Source of the DNA: Harriotta raleighana
Taxonomy: Eukaryota
Length of the DNA stretch: 64,000 nt
Assembly (NCBI GenBank): GCA_050575255.1
Contig: JBNZDD010013510.1
Span: forward strand, 660,384 to 724,383
Direction: 5' to 3'
A program made the position numbers and the translations under genes. Positions within the stretch are counted from its first letter, which is position 1. Every line of letters begins with the position of its first letter. The notes beneath the pieces were generated by a model, which saw only the letters and a program-made list of their open reading frames with translations, was not told the DNA's origin and did not search any database. This document shows, in pieces, positions 23,517 through 37,311 of this stretch.

Positions 23517-25326
23517 AGATTACCATGTACAGAACTTCCCATTACAACATTGGATTTCTTTGTTTTATTCATGCAATTTGGGGCGGGGAAAGATTCAAAA
23601 TATCTGCCTGTTTTATATTATAAATTTGAAAGGCTTTGTGTCAGCTTCAGCATTGGTGGGTACTGATCATGTCAGGATTGATTGATGGGATTTTCCCAGC
23701 TTTGTGGTACTGTGCTAATGGACATGGATTCAGACATTGATTGGAAGTGCAGACTGCAATGTTTGGCATAGCTGCTCTGCACTGTAAATTTCACTGGTAT
23801 TGACATTGTGTCTGAATGCATTTTGGGAGCATTTTAACATTTCATTTTGTAATGTGCATGCGCACTTGCACACACCCACACATTTCACGTCACCTATACT
23901 GTACCATACATTCTGTGCTTCATATAAGTTGCGCAATGAGAAAATGTGCTAAAATAGGTTAAATTGCTAATGGAGGCATTGATATTAGTGTACTCTGTGC
24001 ACTGAATATAGCAGTCATACCTTGTGAAGAGCGTTTGGGTTAGCTTTATTTTTGGAACAATAAAGTACAGTAATTGCGATGCTAATATAACTAGATTTGT
24101 CTTTTTGGGTACTCTATAGTTGCTTCCTTTTTTGTATAGATTATATGAATTGTGATGAAACCCATCTGGAAACTATTGTACAGCAGTACAATGGGAAAAA
24201 TATCAAATGAAAATTGCCATTTTTCTGGTTGAATGTACCAGGAGATGGGAAATGATTGAGGTAGCCCTATAAAAAGAGTGAATGATGAGAGAAACTCTGT
24301 TGCACTGATTTTCATTAACGATAGTGTAGAGTTACAGTTATGAAAGAGGGGAGGTTCAAATTGTATTTAGAGACTTGACTGCACGTTAACTAGGTTTGAA
24401 TGTAATTTAAAATTCAACGATTTAAAAAAAAAAATCGAAAGCCCCCAAAATTGTTGTCCAGAACACCTGAAATTGATTCTCTTCCCCACTTCCCCATCTG
24501 TTTTGATTACAGCTCAGTTTCCACTTGGAACTCAGTTGATCTAAGATTTTGGACCTTCAACTCGTGCCTCATGAATGCTCAGGATGGACAGTGGATCAGT
24601 GAAGCCATGATGCAATTGCTTGGTTATAAGTGATAACAGATTGAAGTTATGTTCTCATACCATATATACATTGCCAGCTCCAGTGTGGCTGAAGAGACAC
24701 TGTGTGCCTGTACAATTATCTGCCAGGGTTTGACAGTCACTTGTGAGGCTGCATTGAGTAAATGAAGCTTATTGTTGAACTGACCAAATGAGGTTTGTTG
24801 GATGGAACTGATTAGGCTTATTTTGCTCCATATTTTATCAAACAGATGACTTGGCAGTGAACACTGCATTGATGAGGTTTATTACTGTGTGCAATAGCTA
24901 TTGACAAACTTAAGACATATAGTATTACTGCATTATTTGTAAGTAGTGTGTTTCTTACATTAGCGCATTTATAGGGTACATTTCTGCATGCAGCATTTTG
25001 TGGGTCTTATTTGTCCTACTGTTCTGTACAGAGATGTGCAGTTAGGGTGAATATGGCATAGATCTATGGTATTTTATTATTTATATGATTGTTTTATTAG
25101 CCACCACTGCGCTGACTTTGAAAAAAAAACAGCCTACACTATGAAATGGATGAAAACCAGATGAAAGAAGATGTAAAATGTAGAGATAAAGTAAAGCATT
25201 AATAGAACCTTTTTTTAAAAAAAAAACCCAGCTCTAATAGAATTAAAAATTTGTATTGAATTCGGGATGCTGGAAATTCTATGTTGTAACTAATTGCTCC
25301 ATGATTATGAGAGAGATCAGATATAT

Positions 25327-25800
25327 TATCATAGAATCCAAGAATTTTACAGCACAAAAGGAGGCCATTCGGCCCATTGTATCTGCCGGCTCTTTGAAAA
25401 GAGTGACCCAAAGTCAATCGCACTCCCCGACTCTCTCACCATAATCCCGCAAACCTGTCCTCCCCAAACAACCATCCACTTCTCTTTTAAAAGTTGTTAT
25501 CGAATCATTTTCCACCATCCTTTCAAGCAATGCATTCTAGATTTTAATAACTCACTGAATGAAAATATTTCTCCGCACCTCCCCTCCCTTCTGCTTCTTT
25601 TAGAAACTATTTTAAATCTGTGACGTAGAGTCACACACCCCATCAGTTGAAACGGGTTTTCCCCGTTTACCTCTCGTGATTTTGAAAACCTTTATTACGT
25701 CTCCTCATAATTTTCTCTGCTCCAATGAGAATAATCCTAGCCTCTCCAGCCTTTCCTCATAACCGAAGTTCCTTATTCCTGGTATCATCCTAATAAAGTG
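25327..25800 (-). mobile_element. CR1-clade LINE 3' fragment
   Basis: Translates as RMIPGIRNFGYEERLERLGLFSLEQRKL (CR1 ORF2 C-terminal motif); terminus atcatagaat...ggaggccattcggccc. Confidence 0.88.
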
Positions 25801-26488
25801 TTTAATATTTTTTATGATAACATGACACAGAGTTGTATTGCTTAAATACTGTACTTGTAATACATTAATAGAGAACCAACTGACCTTTTCTTTTCGGGAC
25901 CCAGGCTTCAATCCATTTCATGCTCTAAAGAGGTGAGAGACTGTTCTCTAGTTTAAGTAAAATGATCTTTGACTGTCTGAATTCAGAACTATGCATTCAT
26001 AGCCCTTAACAGCCCACATTTTGGTTAATAAAGAAGACTATCAAAGAGGGTACTTCACTTTGTGATTGCTGGTTATATTCAGTCCGTGATTTACTCAGTT
26101 GGGTGTAAGGAGCGAATACGATTCATCGATTTTACTTGAATGAAAATGCGGGTTTACTCTCTATCTTAATTACAGTGTGTATCAAAGCTGTTGCACATCT
26201 CATGTTTGTGACTGCAGAGTTATATATATATATAAAATAATAAACCCTGCATTTGATATTCCGTTTTTCACGTCTTCTGTAAAGTGAATTGACGTATGTG
26301 TCGGTGTAACACTGCAGCCAATTGCACATAGCATTGTCCTGATTGATTGATTGAGGTATGATGCAATTTATGTTAGAATTTAGGTTGGTAAATTGAAATG
26401 ATACTGATCTTTGCTGATTCTGCTGTTACCTTCGCTGATCCTTCTTCCCGCACCCACACTTTGAGAATACTGTAATCAGCATTACTTT

Positions 26489-26814
26489 ATAATAATAATA
26501 ATAATCCTTGTATTTGATATAGCGCTTTTCACATCTTATCAACGTCCCAAAGCGCTTCACAGAATATACTGTAAAGTCAATTGACTGTATATTTGTGGGC
26601 GGAACGCGGCAGCCAATTGAGCACAGCAGCGTCCCACAAACAGTCATGGATTGAAAGGACCAATTTTTTATTATTGTGGTTTTTTTGGAGGGATTATTAT
26701 TAGGCATGTGGAGAAAGGAAACTTGCCCAAGGTTACGCCCTGATCTGCCTGGATTCGAACACAGGTCTCATGCTTGTAAGGCGAGTGCTCTAACCACTAA
26801 GCCACAGGAGCTCC
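26489..26814 (-). mobile_element. Full-length young SINE
   Basis: Complete head, body and tail. Confidence 0.96.
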
Positions 26815-26979
26815 ACAAATAGCTATGTGTTCTGTGCAGATGATTTAATGGGGATTGTTCATTGCAATCCAATCTGAATTGTGATGACAATCTGTAAATA
26901 AATATTATCTGGCTGAACAGTATTGCAATATAAACAAGGTATTTGTTAGCAGCAGAAAGTGGTTTGCTATTTTGGGATA

Positions 26980-27205
26980 GACAAGTTTCCTTATTCCACA
27001 CACCTGATAATAATCTCTCAAAAAAACAATAATAATTTGACGGCTCAATCCACGACTGTTTGTAGGACATTCCTGTGCCCAATTGGCTACCGCATTTCGC
27101 CCACATATATACAGTCAATTCACTTTACAATATATTCTGTGAAGCACTATGAGATGCCTAGAAGATGTGAAAAGCGTTTTATCAAATGCAAGGATTTTTA
27201 TTATC
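26980..27205 (+). mobile_element. SINE lacking the tRNA head
   Basis: caagtttccttattccaca...atcaaatgcaaggattttta. Confidence 0.9.
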
Positions 27206-27689
27206 ATAGGATTCTAAGGAGAGAGGTATAACAATAGGTAGGTTTCAGCATACCAGGATTAATGTATCTGGCGCAATGGCTTTTGACAAACGGGAGATCT
27301 TATTACTATACTCTATTTGTGCAGTGCTTGTAGTAAGTGTTTACACATCCACGCATCATGCAAAAGGGAATCGTCAAACACAATAGAGAGGACAATGCTT
27401 TTGCTGAATGATTGATGGCATTTGTGTCCGGCTGAACATTCACTGGAAGGTGTTCAGAAGCACGCTGTGCTAGGTGCAGTGATTGAAAATTACTCTCTTA
27501 AGACCAAAGGGTCATTGCTATATAAATTACAGTTTGGATACTGAAAGATACTTCTTGCTTTTCTTTACAGTAGTGCGCTTGGACAAGCAGGTCGGACCTC
27601 AGTTCATGCCTCGTGTGAAGGACAATACCTTCAACAATTTAGCATTCCCTATTTCATTCCAACCTCCTCTCAGCGGACTCTAGCTTGCT

Positions 27690-27860
27690 CCATGTCATCT
27701 GCCCGCCCCATGATTGGTGGTCGGGCCTTCAGCCTTTCTTCCCCCAACCTTTGGAGCTCCATCCCAAAGTCCCTTCTCCATGCCCCTTACTTGGCTCCTT
27801 CAAGGTCTGTTTCAAGACCCTCCTTTTTGACTATGCTTCCCTCCTACCCTCACCCACCAT
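27690..27860 (+). mobile_element. L2-clade LINE ORF2 C-terminal remnant
   Basis: GGRAFSLSSPNLWSSIP...FKVCFKTLLFD (frameshifted) matches the RAFSxxAPxLWNxLP...FKxxLKTxLF motif. Confidence 0.75.
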
Positions 27861-28109
27861 CCACTTGACTGGCTTTATGCTTCTCAAACTAATTTCACTT
27901 TGTAGTTTCAGGAAGCTTGGTGGTGGTGGGGGTGGGTGGGGGGGGGAGGAAGAGGGCGGAAGTGAAAGCCGATTCCCAGTGATGAAAGGACAGTGTGGTC
28001 ACTACATATAACACTGTGTTCAATCTCTACCGATATTCCAATAGTGTTGAAATTATTTTCCAATCAATTGAAATTTATTGATCGTGACAGTAGATTTCAG
28101 ATAACTACT

Positions 28110-28273
28110 TTCAATTCACTTTAAAGTATATTCTGTGCAGCGCTTTGAGACATCTAGAAGATGTGAAAAGCGCTNAATAACTACTTTCAATTCACTTTAC
28201 AGTACATTCTGTGCAGCGCTTTGAGACATCTAGCAGATGTGAAAAGCGCTACATCAAATGCAAGGATTATTAT
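28110..28273 (+). mobile_element. SINE tail, duplicated across a single N
   Basis: caattcacttta...gaaaagcgct occurs twice; N at 28175. Confidence 0.85.
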
Positions 28274-31200
28274 TAGGATTATACTAACCAATGGACTTGG
28301 AAAGCTGAAGCCTCATTCTAAGGCCTGTAGCTGAGCTCCAGCAGGTAAATAAATTACCACCAATTTTCTAAGAAAAATATTTTAAGTTCAGCTTTGAAAG
28401 ATCTAACTGCCTAGCAACCGAAGGCTAGTGCGAAAGAGCTTGCGAGTCTCTAACATATACCTGACTGATGAGTCATTCTTATGGAGGCCTGAGCCAATGT
28501 TATGTTTACTGTGATTCAGGTGTAAACATAGATGGCACTCGGTGTGTCAATGATTAAAATGACTGTCAAACAGACACATTTTTAGATACTGCTGTCCACT
28601 GAGAGCTACATCTGAAACTGTTTTCTCACCATGACTATTAATGTTGAGAAAGCATTCCCCTGTGACTCCAAGTCACCATGGTAACTGTCTTTCCAATACA
28701 ACACGAAAGTCGCCCAGACCGTGATATGAATCTGGGAAATATTATAGCCCGGCTGAGCCTTTTTAGAGAATCGTTTTAAATCGTAAAAATAACTTTCCCC
28801 AAAAGTACGTTTGACCACTTTTTGCAGACGTCTACTCAGGAATGCTCTTTACATTCCCAAGTACAGTATAATCAAAAAAAGTTGTCAGACACACATTGCA
28901 TAACTTTATTCAACAGATGGCCTAGATGTCGTAATGCCACCTTGACTGTAACTCTTATTTATTATTATGGAGTTGGCTTCCGTTGGAGGAGATTTTTCTT
29001 GTTTACCCAAGAACATTGAAGTTCTTGAGCACATTGAACAGTAGGATCCTGTTCTAACATGCTTTGTTCTAGTACAAAATCACCAATAGTACGACTGGAG
29101 TGTGGATCCCAAGATTTATTTATTGAAAAATAAATCTATAATACACTCAGAAAGCCAGCAGACTTGCTTCAGATCACATGGGCTTACTTATGGGCAGCTT
29201 TCTTTTATTAAAAAAAACTGCAATCTAACTTCACTTCCTGCATGTTAACACACAGGAAGTGACAACAGTGGTGATCGACTGATCCAGAAGTTGGCCATTT
29301 TAAATGCGGGAAGCGCCATGAAGCTGTTCATCTTTCTGTGCATTTGCTGACTGGAGATTGTGCCTGAGGGGTGGGATTATATAGATTCTGAATACCGCAT
29401 AATCATTCCCCCGATGCTTTTTATCTAATATGAGAAAATGACCCAATAATCCGTGGAATAATACGCTGACCATGTGTTATAAAACAAACGTTTTGCCAGC
29501 ATACAAAGCAAAATAAGCCACGATCCTTTGTGGAATCTGTCAATGGTAGATTAGTCACACTTGTGACAGCCCACTCTGCTTGGCAATGTGAGGTGTTGGT
29601 TTGATTAATAGTGATAAATTGCAGCCAATAAATTATCAGTTGATTGCAGTGTGGACACTTTTTTTTGTTCGCACTGTGCACATGAACTATAATCAACACA
29701 TAGTCCACAGTACCTTTCACAAATTCTTCTTTGTAGTTCTGAAGGTCCCACTGGAACTCTTGAGGCAGATGATGGGAAATATGAATATTCAGTTCCTCCC
29801 CACTCAAAAGGTCTCAAAGAAACTTCAAACCCACAAACACAATGTAGACTTTTAACATGGGATGCTGACAGATCTTTGCCTGTTACTTGTAAGGTTACAA
29901 ATGGTTTAAAGACTACAGATCCTCTACAGTTAGTTAACAGTACAGCCGCACTCTTCGCCCACCTGAGGGTGCTTAATTCTACTCTGTTCCTGTGGTTACA
30001 TGTACTATATGGAATAAATTAATGATGGAATAATTAAAAACCTGAACACAGGAAAAAGACTGCAACCGTATCACAGCCGTAACAAGACCTCAACCTCAAG
30101 TCGTGTTATAAACCTGTGAAAGCAAATCTGTGAAGGGTTTACAGAGACATCCCAAGTGATGTCAACCAAAGTCTTGCATTGCTGGTTTACTTGCTGTTCT
30201 AAATAATGTGTGTGTGATTCAAGGAGATGTGGCCCAGAGTGTTCTGAGTTGAGTCCCATTGCTACCCATCCGTACAACAGACTCCCATTCCATTTTGATT
30301 TCCTTTTTGTTCAGTTTTCCAGTTTGTTAGTGCTGGTTGATAGTCTATGCTGGGCTCTGGTTTGTCTTGCTGTTTTTATGAGCGTTTCAGAGACTTGGCT
30401 TTGTGCATGAATCATTTATCTCCTCCCCATCTCCAGAACATACTTTGACTGGAAAAAATGATAAGATGCCCTCTTACTACATCATGCTTTGACTACCAGC
30501 AAAGCTTACTTGACTCCTGTGGGGGTGATCATGTATGATCCTTTATAGCACAGGGATGCTTCAAATAATGTGAGTGTGGCAAGTTTGCTTTGGGTTTATC
30601 TGAGGTAGCTAGTTTTGGGGGAATTCAGTTTGTTGACTGCAGGATCATTGCATGGAACGCAGAAATATGAGCACAATACTGCAAGCCCAAGTTTGTGTCT
30701 GCACTGTTTGAAAGTTAGGTTGTGCAGCTTTGACCTCTGGTCACAGAGCTGCATTAAACTCTAGGTAAGCTATGTGCAGGCCATTGCTTGGGGACAAATG
30801 GCAGTGGGTTCAACCCTCAACTGTGCTGCCTCCAGAGGTGGAAACAAACCCATGTTCAAGTAGTTTTGAAGGGTTTTCATGTACACTGCTGCCGGGTAAA
30901 CAGACAGCCTTATTAAATGACGCGTCAGTCAAGCTGCCACATGGAAACGACGTGTGTGGAACATGATTGAGTTTTAAATGGACCGCTGCTAGACCCTTTG
31001 AGTCATTCTGCAACTCGTGATACATTTAGGTCATGACAAGCTGAAAGTACTGTACATGTTTTAATTTGCAAATTCAACTCTTTTATCAATTACAGTACAG
31101 CCCCATAATGAAATGAGCTTCGCAGCTGCAATCCTTCCCATAGCAGGTAGTGTGATCCTGGACTTTGCACATTGAGACTGTGGGTTGAAGTTTTGTAGCA

Positions 31201-32439
31201 ACTGCAATAATCTTGAGTATCACACTGAAGTGAACCTTATCTGTACACAAGCATAATTCTGCATACACTTCCTCTTTCCCCCACAACCCAACATTTCGCT
31301 CTTTTTTTTTCCCCCCTTGGAAACTCTTATTCCTATCATACGTTTGCAGTTGCATACAAACTGTGTCATCTGTGCAATCACATTGTGCTGAGGAGACTCT
31401 GAACCAGACTGGGAGTCCCATGCATGCCAGCTACTTATGGAAATTCCTAGATTTGGAATATAATATGGACTCTGTCTACGCATGTGGTGTAAGAATGCAA
31501 TCTGCTAAATCTGGAGACTAGTAGACGCATGTTGGCATGAGTTTAGGTTTCATGACCTGAGAGTGTGAGTCTAACCAGCTGAAACCACACAACTCACCAT
31601 TGAAAGCACCATCTCGACAAGCTTCTCACTGGTTGTCCTGCCAAGGCCATTCTACTCATTAGGGCTTTGACTGTGACACAGAAAATGTGAGCAACCAGTC
31701 AATAACTTTTTTGTTTCACTTCACTGCACATGTGGTGTATCTTCCTGCGAGTCTGAGATGATAAGAGTTGGGTAGGCAGTGGGGTGACGCACTCCACTAA
31801 CCTGGCTCCTTGCGACTTGCACCACAGACCGCGGAATGTCGCTTCACCTCACTAGCTATCTAGTGGGTCTTGGAAGAGGCAGTGAGGTCAAAGGATATGG
31901 CAACTAAGCTACTTTGTGCTTTGATCTTCTCAGCAAGCTTAACCCCGCTGCTGCCATAACCTGGTACAACGTGAAAGCATGGCCAGACAAAAGCTAGCGG
32001 CAGCACCGTTGTGGTAATTATACATTTTGAAGCCCGCGTTCTATATATGAATAGAAATGCAGTGTGTGAAACAGCATGGATATAATGAAAACTGTGCGCT
32101 CCTAGGGAGGCAAAGAGTGCTGTTGTACTGTTAGTTAACTGGAGATAACTGCGGAGGATGAGCTCTGGATGGAAATTGGCCTTTGACGGTGCAGGTCTGT
32201 AACTGACCATGAGATGGTGTACAAGAGCAGTTCTGGGAGATTTTCACTGAAGTTTTCCTCTTTTTTTCCCCCCCCTCAACCGAGGGCAAATGTCCGACTT
32301 CCCCTCAGCATTTGCTCACGATGCAGGGCTGAGATCAATAACTCAGCCAGTGGACAAATTCAGCTCTCAGCTTGCTCAGCTCCTTGAGGCTGATAATTAT
32401 TTCTTAAAATTTTCCTTTTAAGTCATGAATAGTACATAT

Positions 32440-32812
32440 AAGAATAATAATAATAATCATTGCATTTGATATAGTGCCTTATCACATCTTCGAAACGCCT
32501 CAAAGCGCTTCACAGAATGTACTCTAAAGTGAACTGACTGGATATGTTGTGTGTGAAACACAGCAGTAAAATTCCACACTTCAGTGTCCTACATTACCCC
32601 GGAAAAGCGATCTGCCAATCGACCAACAGCTGGGTTCCCACTTGCTGCTATGTGAACAGAGGTGTGTAGAGAATGGAAACTTGCCAGCATTTCGCCCTGC
32701 CGGGAATCTAACTCAGGTCCTCTTACTTGCGAGCTGAGTGCTCTGACCACTAAGCTACAGCACTCCCACTACAATGTCCCACAAACAGCCATGAAAGGAG
32801 TGACCAATTTTT
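32440..32812 (-). mobile_element. Rearranged SINE: head plus CORE-like module inserted within a 3' module
   Basis: Tail and body at 32440-32592, head module at 32593-32767, body resumes at 32771-32812. Confidence 0.75.
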
Positions 32813-33039
32813 GTTTTACGCTTAATTATGAAATTAGAAAAAGTTTCAATTTACATTCATTGACACCAGACATTATTTTTCAATTGTTTCACAATTACCT
32901 GCACATTAAGGTTCCACATCCTTGAGTATTGATATTAAAAAAAACCTTGATGCCATACTTATAAAAAATATATTCTTCTCTAACAAAACCCAGTAGCAGT
33001 TGGTGATGGGGTTCTAAATTAGGATTAAATTAATGAACT

Positions 33040-33105
33040 CCAGCATAGTCACAATGAGCTGAATGGGCTACTTTTGTTCTATGAAGTTTCTGTGATTGCG
33101 TGATT
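33040..33105 (+). mobile_element. CR1 3' terminus remnant
   Basis: atgagctgaatgggctac...tttctgtgatt resembles the reverse complement of 25327-25380. Confidence 0.55.
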
Positions 33106-33342
33106 GAGTTTATATTTTGCACATCACACCTGTGAATACTGGTCATTGCCCATTTCTTTCACACTTTTGATAGGGAGGTTGATAAATATAGTTATCTCAA
33201 AGATCTCTATAGAGGGCAACAGAGGATGACTTATGAAACATTTCAGATTCCCTGAATTTTTTTTTTTTTATTTACATTCTATTCTGTGTATCTGGACTCT
33301 CTTGTGTGACATTATACTGCCCAAGTGAGATTTAGACAGTAG

Positions 33343-33374
<32 letters not shown>

Positions 33375-33689
33375 TGTATACATAAAAATATATAAAGCAC
33401 TTGAGCTATATATATTCTATGCTCTCAGTGGATGGAACAAAATGCAGATCTGCCAAATGTTGCTCACTAGAAGTGACACTTACTCATTTTGGTTCAAAAT
33501 GGGACCTATTTTGATGTACATCACTTTTAATAATAAACTCCACTCCATGTGTTTAAATGGGTTTGCAATCTATGTCACATTTGAAGAACAGAGTGCCACT
33601 CATTGATGTTGAAAGCTTGGTAAGTGGGTCCCAAAGGAGCTTGAGTTTGGAAGAGAAAGCGTCAGTGTAAATAATCTGTGTTTTTCTTC

Positions 33690-34060
33690 GCTTCCAATTT
33701 TCTCGCCTCCTTTCTTAAAGGTGCTGATTGGTACTGAGGCACAATTCCATCATTGCTTCACCCAAAGGACCATTCCTTACATGAGCCAATCCTATGAGAG
33801 TTGGCAAACTGTTTGACATTAAGGGATCAGTTGGTGATGGCAATTGAATCTGATACTATCTTCATGGACATCTTTATACATACTTTCTGGTTCATTGCAG
33901 AATGATCGGTATGTAACTCTTAAAATATATTGTTCTCTTCTTCCCCCACCTGCCCCCCCTCTCCTCCCACCACATCACTTATGGACACTGAGGCTAATTG
34001 TGTTCTACTGCCCCAGGTGAACTAGATAAACCTACGACCAAACAATGATTGTTCCTCTAT
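33690..34060. repeat. Old unassigned interspersed repeat
   Basis: Shares actgaggctaattgt with 17666-17680; related segments probably at 32250-32400. Confidence 0.4.
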
Positions 34061-36029
34061 GCTCAAATGATCAATATCTGAAATGGTATACTAACAGTGC
34101 AATTCTTGGGGGGATGAGTGTGAATTTTGACATGTTCTGAAGCATAAAACATCTGAAATGTCTCTGAAATCTCATTGTCATACAAAATACTGTAAGCAGC
34201 AGTCAGAATTCCTGACAGTCGTGCACCTCTTATTCCTGATCTTCGTACATAATAAATGTGGAATCAAGAAGGCTTTGCCTGAGTGGGGTGGTTAAAGCAG
34301 AGCATGAAAGAACTTTCATTTTGATAGCAGTGCCTTATCGTATTGAGGTATCTCTCAAGTGATTCACAGGTAATTATTATTGAGCGAAGTTGCTGTTTTT
34401 CATAGGCAAAAAGAGCAGGGATGTATTTGCACAGGATCCTACAAACAACTATTGGATGAATGGCCAATTAATTTGAAGAATTTCTGGCAATGGCACTCTC
34501 ATCTTTTTGAATAGTGTGATCTTTTGTGTCCTTAGTTTTCCAGGCCCAGCATTGCTGATGCATTAGCTGACATCTTGGAAACGTGTGTACCATTGCCAGT
34601 GACTTTGTGTTCAACTGCTGAGTATGGTCAGCAGTTATTTGTGTGCCTAATGTTGTCCAGTACATTGAAGTGCCTGGCATACATGGGGATGGGAGGAGAG
34701 GAAAGGAGAAAAGGAAGGATTTTGAGGTGAAAATATCATGCAAGTTCACATTGTTTGTGGGGATTGCAAAACTGTTCCAGGAGGCATTTAGAGGCATTTT
34801 CCCATATTATATATACCAAGTTCAATTACTTCTGAAAGGGAATCCCATCCACACCACCATCCACTAGCTGTATTGCGAATTCTACCCAAGAATGCACCTT
34901 TATTTTCCATTAGTGTATTTGGGAGAAGAAAACTTTTATTGCTCATTGTAATAAAATGGGTTAAAATACAGAAGTGGTTCCTGAGAAATGGAAATACATG
35001 ACAAGCCTAATAGAAAACTCCATCCTTTTGTTCTCAATGAAACTCGGACATCCTATTACAGCCATCAAGGCGGTCAACTCTGATGTCGCATCAAATTAGA
35101 CTGAAATTGGAAATATGTTTTATGATTTCCCCTCAAAGCATGTTTATTAGATGCATTGTGTGATCATTGATGCTTTTGGATATGATTACATCTTCCCTTG
35201 CAAGCTGCATACTTAAGCCTACTTTCGAAAGCCATTGCGACGTGCATGGCACACTAATACAATTTGCAATGCATCTGCGTGAATATTTGTAATGATGCAC
35301 CAATCAGATGGATTTAGACAACCAAGCTTGATGGAGTTTCCTATATAGGGAAAGAAAGCTCTGTATCAAACAGAAGTATTAATATAAATGCTTCATCTTT
35401 CATTTCTGTCATTTCCCTCCCCCACTTCCCCCATTCCCAAGGTTGTGACATTTCATGATCAGGTGCCTTGCCAAGGCTGCTCTTATGAATAATCTGAGCA
35501 AATATTCACTGTCCACCTCGCCTTTCGAAAACTCTCTATTGCTTTCACAGAATCTTCTCACTTAATGCAAACACGTTTCCTGAGAGAAGGAGGAGGAGGA
35601 ATTAGAGAAGGGAATAGTTCAAACTGGCTTCATCTTGTTAATTGCGCCCAAATTCATGCCAGCAGAGATCCCTGTGCTGAGCAAAAAACTATCTATCTGA
35701 TTGGAAGGTATATTGCAGGATGGGTATAGTTTATACTGAGCAAATACTACAGACACAATGATTTAGATTCACTGAGGCTGAATTGGAGGAAGGCTTGGTT
35801 TAAAATAACTCTTTTGGAGTGCATCTGAATTGATGGAAGTCAGAATTGAATCACAGAAATGTGGGGGTGGCTTTCATTTAGTTTCTCTTTTGGGGTTCGG
35901 AGAGAATCTACCCAATATGGAAGAGTGGACAGGTGAAGTGGTTGATAAATTCTGAGTGACTCTGCACAGCTGGCTGAGTGTCTATTTCTCGCTCTGCACT
36001 TCACGTTATGCCTGTCAAATCTCACTCAT

Positions 36030-36290
36030 TAATAATAATAATCCTTGCATTTGATAAAGAGCTTTTCATGACTTCTAGACATCTCAAAGCGCTTCACAGA
36101 ATATACTGCAAAATCAGTTGATTTTGTGGATCAAACACGCAGCCAATTGCACACAGCAATGTCACACAAACAGTTGTGGATTGAAGTGATAGATGTTTTT
36201 GAAGGGATTATTTATCAGGCATGTGTTCTTGACTTGCCCAAGGTTTTGCCCTGCCTGGAATCGAACCCAAGTTCCTCACTTGCAAGGCAT
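36030..36290 (-). mobile_element. Near full-length SINE, head truncated
   Basis: Tail, body, cttgcccaagg...ggaatcgaaccc B box. Confidence 0.9.
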
Positions 36291-37193
36291 GCCATTAAAT
36301 CAAAGTCAAAAGAAGAGGACAGTTTATTGCAGGTCAAATTGTCCGTTGAATTGGTTCTGATTGTTGGAGCACAAAAGGAATGCAATATATGCCATGAGAG
36401 AGACAGTAAAAGGTATGCTGATTGCACTTCAATCGCAAGGTTTGTTATGGGCGATCCTGCATTTTCAGTCGTTTGCTGTTTCCCCATTCAGAATGAATAC
36501 GTTCAAAACACCTTCAGAGAAACAAAACTTAAAGATGCAAATGTTTAGACTGGTGTATGCACACATTTTGTTTTCTCTCCAAATTTTCTCCCATTCTCTT
36601 AAATGTTCACTCTGACTGGCTGCCTTCTGCTAAGAATCAATTTTCACCTGAGATCCTTGATTGTGAGGAGCTGTTGGCAACTTGAGGAGAAGGGAACAAA
36701 CTATCTCCCTCGCTTGTGTCCGATCACGTCCTTGTCAGACATGACTAACTCCTGTGATCAATTCCTTCTGAAATTACCTATTGAGTGCTGGGTTGTGCTT
36801 AGTCCTTATCGCATAATTCTCCTTCGCAAGATGAAGCACTACATCAATGGCAAGTTTAGAGAGGAGCTATGAATCCCAAGTGACATTTCACTCAAAACCT
36901 TTTTACAAGAAATATCTAGTTGTTTTTTTAGAGAGGAGGTAAAACCATATGAAAAAGAAGCAAGCAGAGTAAGATGAATAATATATGGAGAGGCTAACTT
37001 CTACAGTGACTAATTTGCTTTCAATTTATGCAAAAATCTGAAAATGCATAGCAGTTCAATCAGTGTCTGAAATAGTTAATATTTTATGCCCTACTTCACA
37101 TACAATAGGAAGATTTTAGTTGGAACCTGAGGCACACAGACGTGGTATCAAGGCACAAGAGAACAAAATGGTCTGGGTTTGTACTGAACAAAT

Positions 37194-37311
37194 TAATAAT
37201 AATACTAGTATTTGATATAGGGCCTTATCACGTCGTTGAGAAGTCTCAAAGCGCTTCACAGAATATACTGTAAACTGGAGTGGATAAAACACAGCAGCCA
37301 AGTGCGCACAG
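37194..37311 (-). mobile_element. SINE tail fragment
   Basis: tttgatatagggcc...tctcaaagcgcttcacagaatatactg. Confidence 0.85.
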
